A stretch of 63,934 nt of DNA, the filler included, from Octopus bimaculoides (lineage: Eukaryota): assembly GCF_001194135.2 (NCBI RefSeq). It is 4 parts of 4 records of this genome, joined end to end, with 100 filler letters (N's around TTAATTAATTAA, not from the genome) between each part and the next. Parts side by side here need not be neighbours in the genome. Positions count along the whole stretch, not along the records: positions 1 to 19,442 come from NC_068983.1; positions 19,543 to 48,483 come from NC_068982.1; 2 more parts are not named here. One strand, written 5' to 3'. The number at the start of each line of letters is the position of its first letter. Within the stretch, counting starts at the first letter, position 1. A program made the translations under genes and the position numbers. Positions 12,621-45,653 of the stretch are shown one piece after another. The notes below the pieces were generated by a model. The model worked only from the letters and a program-made list of their open reading frames with translations. It was not told the origin of the DNA and ran no database searches.

Positions 12621-14402
12621 CCAAATGACCTTGCAATGAGGAGAAGGTGAGATTTTATGAGGAACAGTAGGCTCAAATGGGGTTGTGAACAAGTTGTCCC
12701 ACATGATCGTATTTAGGCTCTCTGACTGGTTACATGTGGCAGTTGGTGCAATCAAGTAAGAGACAAATTGTGCCAATACCAACCAATCAGAGTAGTGGAC
12801 ACAACAGGATCCAAATAGCAGCCAAAGGTTAGCTGTTTCCTGCTATGTTCGAATGCACCTATATATAATAAAGAGAGAGGAATTACAACCAAGTCTATGC
12901 TATACACTTTTCACACCTCTTAGCCATCTGCTTAAAGACTAACAGGTTCCACATATTACATAAGGATTGTTTTGGTTGCTAATATACATTGTAAACTACT
13001 GCCTATATGCTAATGAGATGCATATTCTGTGTATCACATGTGATACACAGGATATATTTCCCTGGTGTCCGTGCATCATATATGATACACATTCCCAATA
13101 TGTTTTCAACCTCCAGAGTAACTAGGGACTTATGAAAGAAAAACAATATATTACTCAAAACATATAAAACAAGGGTTAACTAAAACCTGAAAACAAGTAT
13201 GGATAGATGTTTATAGGACAAACAGATGAAAAATGCCTGAGACAGGTAAAGGATGAATTGGTTCCCACTTATTTGTAAACAATAGAATACACTTGGCAGA
13301 TTCCTGCACTTTTTTCTTGTCGTTGTCTAAAAAAAGTTAAGATTCACAAGATCTAAGGCGCCAGACTCAAGGTGTATTACCGATGATGATGATGAACACT
13401 GGGAAAAATAATCTGAAACAGAAAAATATGATTTCAGATATGTAAGTGAAAGGCTTCATCATGAAAGGAGAAAGAAAGTCATTCTCTGAAAAATAAAAGT
13501 TTGAATATTAAGTGTATTTCTGTACATGCATACACACATGCACACATACACACACACATGTGCATACACACACACACACGCGCGCATGCATTTATATATC
13601 AATCATACTCTTGCTCGGTTAATCATTTCTGAAATTTTATCTCCATTGTCAATGAAGTGAATTTGATATTGAAGAAAAATATTTCTTCTTAACAAGCCAC
13701 ACACGTTCTGCAATTTTGCTACTTATACTCTTTAGTTCTGAAAAGAAAAATGAGTGCAAAGCCAAGTAGTTAGAGAGTTGGAATTAAAATGGTGGTGCAT
13801 TCAATATCTGGACTGAGCAATGCATTCTATTCTTGAGCAAGTCTCTTCATTTCACATTGCTCCATTCTACTCACCTGAAAATGCATACAAGCCAAGTGCA
13901 CCAGCACTTGGCAGGTATGCATTTGGTTGTTACATCCTCATTCTTGATGTTCCTCCAAGTGAACAGGGAGGGACTGACAGGGTGTAAATGTCCCCTCGTG
14001 ACTACATAGGTACCTAAAAAAAAAAAGAATTAGCAAAAGTTATACTTGCTTGTGAGTTATACTATGCTGGTGTATATGATATTATTTTAAAGCAAATACC
14101 ATTAACTTACAATTCAATTCAATACTTATTTTACAGTGTTATTGTTTAACAACTTCTGACAGATTCTGTCTATATTCATGTTTTCTTACTGAGAGAAACC
14201 TCTTTTAAAAAAATGAAGGAAATAAAATATAATAGAAAGTGAAAGAAAAGAGAGAATGTGAGATGAAAGAAAGCTTAGAAAAAAAATTGTTGACCAAAGA
14301 TTATGAAGATAGGTGAAGTTGATAGAAAGGAAAAGAAATTTTCAGAAGTTGACAATTTCATATGCAGCTCTGGTAAATTGTTTCTTGTGAATAGAGTCTA
14401 TT

Positions 14403-14484
14403 ACATCCTCATAAACACACATCCTCATAAACACACATCCTCATAAACACACATCCTCATAAACACACATCCTCATAAACACAC
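14403..14484. repeat. 16-bp minisatellite (ACATCCTCATAAACAC) x5
   Basis: Directly visible tandem units. Confidence 0.9.
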
Positions 14485-14509
14485 TTATACTCAGACATAT
14501 ATACACATT

Positions 14510-14660
14510 ATCATCATCATCATCATCAACAACAACATCCATTGTCCATGCTAGCATGGGTTTGGTGGTTTGACCAGGGCTGGTAAGCTGAGGAGCTGCA
14601 CCAGACTCCAGTCTGATTTGACAAAGTTTCTACGGCTGGATGCCCTTTCTAACGCCAACC
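14510..14660 (-). mobile_element. Retroelement/SINE 3' tail fragment with (GAT)n end
   Basis: Reverse complement resembles 3965-4137 (catcatc...ccatgctagcatggg...tttctacggctggatgccctt). Confidence 0.65.
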
Positions 14661-15857
14661 AGTAGAGGGTACAACTCTTGGGCTACTGGAGTGTTGCAAA
14701 TGCTACTGCTTAAGTTACACCTCCCATGTGCTCTGACAAACAAAATAACTACAGATGTGGAAGTATTCTAGCTTTGTAAATGCTCTTGATACTCTGACCA
14801 TTGTAACAACAGCAACCACCCTTGAGATCAGAGATCCAAAAGCCATGCTCCATTCTGCAAGAGTGGCACTGGACACTGGGAATGTACATTTGACACCACC
14901 ACTATCTTCACTGTGGAAGTGATAGATCCAGTAGAAATGTTAACTCAAGACAATTGGTACCTCCTCTCAGTTTTTTTTTTTTTTTCCTTTTTCATATGAA
15001 ATTCCGATATAATCTTAATCTACACCATCTGATTGGTATAAGTAGAAATTTCATTAAAAAAATACCCTTTTTTCTGTAAGTTAAGAGGAAACAAAGTCGG
15101 GGGCACACTTGTGTAGGTATGCCTTTATTTCCTCCTGTAGCAACTCGTAAATCATTTCTTTTTTCCCCTTACCTCTTTCACCCTGCCAGTTTAGGAGGAA
15201 CCTAGAAAAAAGCCAAGGTCACTGCCCTTCTGATTAAATCATAACAAAAACGTCAAACAAAAATATCTTCTTATCACATAAACATGAATGAACATACTTT
15301 TCTCATCACTCTCCACGTCTTGACTTTGTTTTATTACTTCCACTCCTTGCAAAGGATTAAGCCGTACAACAAACAGCCTGTGTTAAATGTGAAGCTGACA
15401 CATTCGTTGTTATGTAAGTCTCAGAATTCTTCAGCATTCACTAATTACTTTTATTCTTGTTGTCAGAAGAAAGTTACTCTGACATTCTATGTTACCTGAA
15501 ATGATTTGTGGTCGACTGTCTATCAAGTTTTTTGAAATCTGTTGCAACAGTTAACAAGACCATGTACATCTGTCTTTAAACTAACAAGCTATACTTGCTA
15601 GTTGGATTTTGTTAGAGTTCACTCAGACATATACATACACAAAAACAGATACATATACACATACACATATACATTCACGAACGTATTTTGAAATCTGTTG
15701 CAACAGTGAACAGGCTCAAGTAATCTATCTTCAAAGTAACAAGCTACGTTTGCCAATTGACTTAGAAGAATCCATTAATCATACATAGTACATACATATA
15801 CACACTCAAATTATTCATACGTTTGCACAAACGTGTGTGTGTGCATGTGCGCGAATA

Positions 15858-16863
15858 TCTTACTATAATAGACATTATGTCCGTCTGTCTGTTCCCTCTT
15901 CACGGTCAAACAGCTGGACCAGTGGGCACGATGTTTTGGGGGATTATGAAGGAGATAATCAGAGATGTTTTTAGCGAAAAAATGTAAAAAAAAGTATGAT
16001 TATTTAGTGGATATTGAATTTTGTATTAATAAATCACCTTTGATTTTTTAATTAAAATTCCGGTGACGAGAGTTCGTGAACTTAGAGGGTTTAGATTTGC
16101 GATATTATTCCTTTATTTCCTATTGTAGAGGGGCAGATTTACTATCTTACTATAATGGGTATTATGTCTGCCTGTCTCTTTGTCTGTTCCCTCTTCATGG
16201 CCAGACGGCTGGACCAATGTTTACGATATTTTTCAGGATAACAAAGACGGTCGTCAGGAAGGTTTTTAACATTAAAAAATCAGAAAGTATGATTATTTCG
16301 TGGATATCGGTTTTTGAATTGATAAACCATCTTCACATTTTTATTAAAAATTCGCCGACCACAAGTAACTCTGGATTTTCATCGTATAGTTTGTGGCCCC
16401 ATTGTAGATATGAAGGGGGTCACGAGGACGGTTAATAGCAAAAAATAAAATGGAAAAGGTATGTGTCAATATATCGTGAGTGTAATTATTTAGTGGGTAT
16501 TGAAATGTCTCAGTCTCAAGCAGGATTCAAAACGGGTAATCGAAGCGGCTGTTGTTTACATCTCAGTTTTGTCAATTAAAATAACCCATGTTACCAGAAC
16601 AGCCAAACATTATTCGCAAAGAACAGCGAGAAGTAAGTCGTAGTTTGATTTTTTGCAACCTTAGAGATTCCTGCTCGAGCATTCACAGCAAAAAGGTACA
16701 GGGCCAGACTTTAGATCGTGTAGGTGTATTCTTACCCACTTCGATGTTTACACACGGCCAGTTATACGTTGCTATGAGTAGAGCAACGAACTTAAGTAAT
16801 TTGAAAATTAGTGTCGACCAAACAGAAAATATTGTCTACAAAGAAGTTTTGTCATCATATTGA
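15858..16863 (+). mobile_element. Internally deleted Helitron-like element with a duplicated 5' module and a Pif1-helicase C-terminal remnant
   Basis: A|TCTTACTATAAT starts at 15858 and again at 16145, each followed by GTCYGTCTGT and RCRGCTGGACC. ORF 16588-16863 contains QGQTLDRVGVFLPTSMFTHGQLYVAMSRAT...TENIVYKEVL (helicase motifs V/VI of Helitron RepHel). No clear 3' hairpin/CTRR seen. Confidence 0.8.
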
Positions 16864-17382
16864 TATTATCGAAAGGAATATGATACATAGTTTAGGTAAG
16901 AAAATTTGTGAACTTTGAATGTATAAGAGTATAAACAAGCATAAAATAGAGTAAACAACTAAAATAAAAGTATATCTAAATAACATTTTTCCTCAATACT
17001 TTTTATGTAATGGTCGAAGGAAGCCCTGGCTTTTATTAGGAGTGGTCCACATAACCATTCATGATACAGAGGCTGGGAGCCTATTTCAGTTCAGGAGTGA
17101 ATTGTCATCACATGTCACTTAGTCGCAAGAGTGAAAGGAGTTCCCTGCTGTCATCAATCAGTAAGTCAGCAGTTATCTTCATCCTCAGTTTATGTCATAC
17201 AACTTATAGTCTATTTGGTAGAGATCCTTGTTTTTGTAAGATTTGATGAATGAATTTTCCAATTTCTTGATAGCTACCATCTTATATGCAATGGCCTTCT
17301 GGAAGTTGTGGTGAAACTTCCTTCTTTTTTTTTTACATCTTTATAAGAGTAAACTAGTGATAGGCCTGTTAGAAATCTATAA

Positions 17383-17617
17383 GGCGGCGAGCTGGCAGAA
17401 ACGTAAGCACGCCGGGCGAAATACTTAGCGGTAGTTCGTCTGCCACTACGTTCTGAGTTCAAATTCCGCCGAGGTCGACTTTGCCTTTCATCCTTTCGGG
17501 GTCGATAAATAAAGTACCAGTTACGCACTGGGGTCGATGTAATCGACTTAATTCCTTTGTATGTCCTTATTTGTCCCCTCTATGTTTAGCCCCTCGTGGG
17601 CAATAAAGAAATAAGAA
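17383..17617 (+). mobile_element. SINE family B, full-length young copy with 12-bp target-site duplication
   Basis: GGCGGCGAGCTGGCAGAA...TGAGTTCAAATTCCGCCGAGGTCGAC...AAAGAAATAAG. AGAAATCTATAA flanks it at 17371-17382 and 17614-17625. Confidence 0.9.
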
Positions 17618-17639
17618 ATCTATAACTAATGCATTTTAT

Positions 17640-18297
17640 AATATTGGTTTCAAATTTAGGCACAAGGCCAGTAGTTTGCATGGAGGGACTAAGTTGATTA
17701 GTTTGACCCAAGTACTTAACTGGTACTTATTTTATCAACCCCAGAAATATGGAAGGCAAAGTCGACCTTGGCGGAATTTGAACTCAAAAAGTAATGATGT
17801 ATGAAATATCATTAAGCATTTTGCATGCTAATGTTTCTGCCAGTTTGCCACCTTAATGCATGTCAATATTGGTTCCAAATTTTGGTACAAGGCCAGCAAT
17901 TTCAGGTGAAGAAGTAAGTCAAATTAATCCCAGTGCTCAACTAGAACTTATTTTATTGACCCCCCAGAAGGATGGAAGGTAGAGTTGACCTCAGGAGAAT
18001 TTGAACTCAGAACATAAAGTCAGATAAAATACCACTAAGCATTTTGCCCAGTGCATGAATGATTCTTATTTCTTTATTGCCCACAAGGGTCTAAACATAG
18101 AGGAGACAAACAAGGACAGACAAAGGTATTAAGTCGATTACATCGACCCCAGTGCGTAACTGGTACTTAATTTATCGACCACGAAAGGATGAAAGGCAAA
18201 GTTGACCTCGGCGGAATTTGAACTCAGAACAGCAGCAGACGAAATACCGTGAAGCATTTCACCTGGCGTGCTAACGATTCTGCCAGCTCGTCGCCTG
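17640..18297 (-). mobile_element. Three head-to-tail SINE family B copies (~17640-17855, ~17860-18060, ~18065-18297)
   Basis: Each carries GACCYYRGSRGAATTTGAACTC and CCCAGTRC.YAACTRG..CTTA. Two different tails are present. Confidence 0.85.
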
Positions 18298-18904
18298 AAT
18301 GCATATCATAATATTGAATATATACATAAAAAAATAACTGACTGTAGTTGATTTCTTCTTCATTCCCAGCTTCAAATATTCTGTATCTAGCAAAACATTA
18401 TGCAAGATTTGTTTGCATAACGTACCTGATGTAATGGATTCATTTGGATGACTTTTTATCTAGGCTGTTTAGTCATTAATTTGGGTTGTTTATTCATTAA
18501 GTTGGTTGAGTGATGACTTCTGGTATTGTGGAAGGTTGTGTTGTAATTTCATTGTAGTGGTTTGGGTAGATGGAAACCTACCATGTTGTGTTCGTCTATC
18601 AGAGAGACAATAACCTCCTAGTCATCCTTAAGAATAACTGATGACTTGCATGGTGACCTTGTGATTTCAATTCCCAGACTAGGCGGCATATTGAGTTCAT
18701 GAGCAAAGCACTTCATTTCACATTATCCAAACTCACTCAGCTGAAAATGAGTACTAGCAACAGCTGGGAGTTAATCTTCTGAAGGACTAGTAACCCATTT
18801 CAATGGGATATTGTATTCTCTATCACTTACATATCTTGGGAACTAGAATAACTTCTGCCCTAATGAACATGACAGACCTAAGAACTACAAGTATTGACTT
18901 AATT

Positions 18905-19442
18905 TGGCAGTGTCGGCTATAGCCTAGTCAACCGTATTACGAACCAGGTGATACACGAAGGAGTCATACCCAATGACTGGTGTAGCAGCACCATAATCAA
19001 CTGCTACAAAGGTAAAGGTGACGCTTTAGATACAAATAATTACAGAGGTATCAAGCTTTTAGATCAGGTAATGAAAGTTACGGAGAGGGTCATAGTTCAA
19101 CTGCTTAGGGAGCGAGTCAGTTTAGATGAGATGCAGTTTGGGTTTGTGCCTGGGAAAAGCACCACTGATGCTATATTTCTGGTAAGACAGCTTCAGGAGA
19201 AATACCTAGCCAAGGATAAACCTCTGTTCCTGGCTTTCGTTGATATGGAGAAAGCTTTTGACAGGGTCTCCCGATCTCTCATCTGGTGGTCAATGAGGAA
19301 ACTAGGGATAGAAGAATGGTTAGTGAGAGCTGTGCGAGCCATGTACAGAAACTCTGTCAGTAAGGTGAGGGTTGGCAGAGAGTACAGTGAAGAATTCCGG
19401 GTGGAGGTAGGGGTCCACCAAGGTTCTGTCCTCAGCCCCCTC
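18905..19442 (+). mobile_element. RTE-clade LINE reverse transcriptase fragment, cut by a gap
   Basis: Open frame with YKGKGDA..NNYRGIKLL, QFGFVPGKSTTDAIF, AFVDMEKAFDRV and GVHQGSVLSPL. No stops before the gap. Confidence 0.92.
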
Positions 19443-20095
19443 NNNNNNNNNNNNNNNNNNNNNNNNNNNNNNNNNNNNNNNNNNNNTTAATTAATTAANN
19501 NNNNNNNNNNNNNNNNNNNNNNNNNNNNNNNNNNNNNNNNNNATATATACTAGTCGATTGATATTTTATTTTATTTAGATTTTTAGTCGAATGACACGCT
19601 TTAGAATTTTTAGTTGATTGTATATACCTTTTTGGTAGGCCGTTCTATATATTTGTATTTTTATTTGCATATATATTTTTTACCTTCTGTGTTTTTTTTT
19701 GTATATGTATGCTTTATATGTTAAAAGCCATAGTGATATTTATATGTGATCAAATTATGGAAGCGTGGTGTTATATAAAGACGTTGGCTCGAATTTAATG
19801 TTTGTTCTCTAATCAATGTTTTTTTGTTTTTTTTTTATCTCAGTCTCAATTACATTCTGCAGTCTTATAAAAATTCTGCAGTCTTATAAACCCTTTTGTC
19901 TCCATAAAAAGAGGTAAAAATTATTTCTTGTCGATTCAGTTACCAAATTTTTGTTTAGTATTTTGCTTGGTTAAAAAGAACTTTAATTGTACCAAATAGT
20001 CATTATTTTCAAAATTCAAGATATAGAGTAAAAAATGTTGAATTTTGAATGGAGGTAAAAAAATTCAACAATATAAGAACTAAAAGAATATTTAC

Positions 20096-41597
<21,502 letters not shown>

Positions 41598-42559
41598 CTG
41601 GAGGGGAGACATGAGCAAAACATTACATTTCAATGTTAAATGTCGTCCGGGATGGAAAAAAACTGAACACGGGATTTTGTTAACTATCGTAACAAAAATA
41701 ATGAGGCATTAGACATATGATACGTATGCAATAATGGTGCCCTAGTAAGTTCATAACTATACCATAATGCATTCCACGCATATTTCTGTCTCTATTGGCA
41801 CCTTGCATTTCTTCACCACGGGTTTCAGACTCTCATTCCCATCTCGACTTCTTCTTCGCCCCACCATACACTGCCTCTGCCAGCCTTTTTTCACATTTTC
41901 TCTGCCGCTGTTACACCTGCAGCTTGGATTCTAACTTCGATGCCGAGTAAATGCATCAGTATGCCTAATTTGCGGTGGATGCTTTCCTCTTCTGAGTCAA
42001 TGCAATTCCATGACGCACTCTTGCCACGTATGCACAAACACACACACACACACACACACGCACGCATGCACGCGCACACACACAAGCGCACGCACACAGA
42101 CACACACACTCACATTATATACCAGTCAATTAAAACAGTATAGTCGGATTTCCTTAATTTATTTTATGTTTGTGTGAATGTATATATGTGTGTTTGTGCG
42201 TGCGTGCGCGTGTGTGTGTGTGACAATTTCATTTAGGCATAGTAATACTAATAGCCAGTTGCTAGAAGCTCAATACGTTATGCGTATGAGTAACAAAAGA
42301 ACAGGAATTACGCAATCACTTACGTTATCTTACAACTGTTTCTTCCATGAGAAGTTTGCGCTCCGAATGCTTGAGTAACATCGCTTCATCGGAGTCATTT
42401 AAACGAAGTGTGTGTTTATTATGAAAACTATTTAAGTACCAACATCTACATGATATTGTTTATATCTTTATGTGTGTTTGCTTCGAGTTATACTATTCCA
42501 AAATGAATTATTGATATTTCACATTCTCTCGTAAGTTTATAAAATTCGTATGACGTTAA

Positions 42560-42622
<63 letters not shown>

Positions 42623-43559
42623 NNNNNNNNNNNNNNNNNNNNNNNNNNNNNNNNNNNNNNNNNNNNNNNNNNNNNNNNNNNNNNNNNNNNNNNNNNNNNN
42701 NNNNNNNNNNNNNNNNNNNNNNNNNNNNNNNNNNNNNNNNNNNNNNNNNNNNNNNNNNNNNNNNNNNNNNNNNNNNNNNNNNNNNNNNNNNNNNNNNNNN
42801 NNNNNNNNNNNNNNNNNNNNNNNNNNNNNNNNNNNNNNNNNNNNNNNNNNNNNNNNNNNNNNNNNNNNNNNNNNNNNNNNNNNNNNNNNNNNNNNNNNNN
42901 NNNNNNNNNNNNNNNNNNNNNNNNNNNNNNNNNNNNNNNNNNNNNNNNNNNNNNNNNNNNNNNNNNNNNNNNNNNNNNNNNNNNNNNNNNNNNNNNNNNN
43001 NNNNNNNNNNNNNNNNNNNNNNNNNNNNNNNNNNNNNNNNNNNNNNNNNNNNNNNNNNNNNNNNNNNNNNNNNNNNNNNNNNNNNNNNNNNNNNNNNNNN
43101 NNNNNNNNNNNNNNNNNNNNNNNNNNNNNNNNNNNNNNNNNNNNNNNNNNNNNNNNNNNNNNNNNNNNNNNNNNNNNNNNNNNNNNNNNNNNNNNNNNNN
43201 NNNNNNNNNNNNNNNNNNNNNNNNNNNNNNNNNNNNNNNNNNNNNNNNNNNNNNNNNNNNNNNNNNNNNNNNNNNNNNNNNNNNNNNNNNNNNNNNNNNN
43301 NNNNNNNNNNNNNNNNNNNNNNNNNNNNNNNNNNNNNNNNNNNNNNNNNNNNNNNNNNNNNNNNNNNNNNNNNNNNNNNNNNNNNNNNNNNNNNNNNNNN
43401 NNNNNNNNNNNNNNNNNNNNNNNNNNNNNNNNNNNNNNNNNNNNNNNNNNNNNNNNNNNNNNNNNNNNNNNNNNNNATGTTTGTAGAAGCCACAGCCATA
43501 GAGGACTAGCCCGAAGATTTAGAAAAGCCCTGAAGGAGACCAAACTCAACATTAAGATC

Positions 43560-43990
43560 GTTGAAAGCCAGGGAACTCCACCAGATCACAACAATGTAGG
43601 ACGTACCCCTTTGAGAATACCATATGCGCCGATGATAACTGCATGGTATGTAAGATTAACCCTGGCATTAACTGTAAGGTGCATAGAGAGTGCTTGTAAA
43701 GACAAGAACATGATATACATAGATGAGACATCTAGAAGCATTGCAGAGAGACTAAATGAACATTTGAGACAATATGGCGACAAAAACAGTCCTCCAAACT
43801 CTACCAACATGGAGGCACACTGGGTTAACTTGACATTCAAGCACCCGAAAGATCCAACATTCAGACAAATACAGGAGTACGTCCGCATAAATGAAACACC
43901 CCAGTACTAAATAGGAAATATGCCGGTTGTGTGAGCAACTGGTTGTTTTAATGGCGCGGAAATTCATTAGAAAAGTTTTAATCAATTTTC
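43560..43990 (+). mobile_element. Penelope-like element GIY-YIG endonuclease fragment
   Basis: ORF 43611-43910 contains CIESACKDKNMIYIDETSRSIAERLNEH, matching C..C...YIGET.R.L..R..EH. Confidence 0.75.
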
Positions 43991-44581
43991 TCGGTAACTA
44001 TGTGGGGCTAGAAAAAAATACAAATCGCATTCCAATCTATGCACCCGTCTCCACATGTGTGCCATTTTTCACGCGAATCCATCCAGCCGTTTGGCTGTGA
44101 ACCTCAAGACAAGAAAGAATACAACGATCACCTATGTCCAATTTATACTATAGATGAGGCCTCATACGCTTATAGTGACAGACATTATATCACTACTACC
44201 TTTCTCATTTTCTTTCAGATCTCTTGTACTGTCGGAGGCGTGGTGGATAAGAGGATGAAAACATGCATGTCTATTAGCAACGGATGTGTTGACAACAAAT
44301 CCAAGCAATGTCTTTACGTTCTATCAGCAGTAGCTATATCAATAGAGTTAATCATGATAGCTATAGCAACAGGCATAATAACAAGGATAAATGAAGTTTT
44401 GTTAAATAAAACAGACAAGATACTAAAATAAACAACAACGACGACAACAACAATAACAACACGGTGAACTATCTGAGTCATTAGAGCATCGGATAGAATC
44501 TCAGGTGGTGGCATTTGTTCTGAGTCTTTCTATTAATTAATGAATGTATGTATGTATGGATAGATGGATGGATGGATGGAT

Positions 44582-44860
44582 CAGTGGCGGCTCCTGTATA
44601 GGCACTGTGGAAATGCAGTACCCCCTATTTCCACTCGATATTATCGGTAACATTCAATATAATGAATCCTTTTTTTTTTAATTCTTTCTTTATACTTGTA
44701 CATTATATAAAATCCTTAAGCTTAATGTCAGTAGCCATCCCCTAGTTTATGAAAAACATACAAAGAGTGCTTATATAGAACTGTGCGCTTCACATTTCCA
44801 GCGACGCGGTGTTTGGCTGTTGTGCGCATGCTCACATGTTCGAGATAGGGAGCTGCTCGT

Positions 44861-44906
<46 letters not shown>

Positions 44907-45336
44907 TAGAGAGAGAGAGCACTGTCGTTCACGCAGTGTTGACCCTGGTGTGCTGGTGAAAGGTAGTGTTTCTTTTTGACTCCGCGTGTGTGTTGCTTAA
45001 AAACATGTTTATATTCTTGAATGTGGTAAAGAGGAGAATTAGATTGTTGTCCTGCTTCCAGCTACAGTGTTGCTGCCAGGATTTGAAAAATAGGGCAGAT
45101 TTTCCCCCACTTATTTTGTGATTTAGTGGGGATTTTTGAAAAACAAGGAGGAATTCGCGGCGGTGTTCAGTGAACAAATTAAGCACACTTACCCGGCAGT
45201 AGCTAAAACGCGAACCGATCAAGTTTATGTATAAATTTTCTTTTTATATGTTTGTTTCCTTTTACGCAATATTAACACAACGACTAAAAATTTTCTGAAG
45301 CAGCACCCCACTAATTTTACCTACGAGCCGCCACTG
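44582..45336. mobile_element. Non-autonomous hAT element (755 bp)
   Basis: Perfect 12-bp TIR CAGTGGCGGCTC / GAGCCGCCACTG. 8-bp flanks GGATGGAT and GTATGGAT (7/8 match), consistent with a hAT 8-bp TSD. Confidence 0.8.
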
Positions 45337-45347
45337 GTATGGATGTA

Positions 45348-45454
45348 CAGTAATCCCTCGACTATCGCGGGTGTTACATTCCCAAACCCCACGTGATAGG
45401 TGAAAGTCTGTGAAGCACAAACAGTACTGTACTGTGTATTTATTATTATTATTA

Positions 45455-45525
<71 letters not shown>

Positions 45526-45653
45526 TATAATTTGTATTATAAATGCAAAACAACGCCACTGGAGAATCGACGTAAGCTTAAATAATAAACATATAGGTGA
45601 ACCGCGATAGGTAAACCGTGATAGATGAACCGCGAAATGGTGAAGGATTACTG
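45348..45653. mobile_element. Tigger/pogo-type MITE containing an (ATT)n tract
   Basis: TA|CAGTAATCCCTCGACTATCGCGG ... CCGCGAAATGGTGAAGGATTACTG|TA. Confidence 0.8.

Noticed and set aside
17061-17246. Short + strand ORF with a donor-like GTAAGT
   Set aside because: No homology recognisable and no partner exons.
19487-19498. TTAATTAATTAA islands inside N runs (also ~48528-48539 and ~61735-61746)
   Set aside because: The identical 12-mer is centred between ~45-50 Ns each time and has stops in all six frames. It is an assembly or scaffold linker, not biology.
20009-20095. Hydrophobic read-through tail VNILLVLILLNFF... as a second membrane anchor (similarly 23072-23119)
   Set aside because: It begins at a canonical GT donor and is T-rich intron sequence on the minus strand. 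The hydrophobicity is a composition artefact.
42324-42445. Minus-strand exon-like segment with an AAC|GTAAGT donor just upstream of the EGF exon
   Set aside because: The acceptor is weak and no frame gives a phase-1 signal peptide. At best it is a UTR exon, without support.
44039-44514. ORFs with a TM-like segment on both strands (44039-44431 +, 44314-44514 -) as a signal-peptide exon or small gene
   Set aside because: No recognisable domain, low-complexity AAT/AAC-derived composition, and no phase-1 donor linking to exon 41597.
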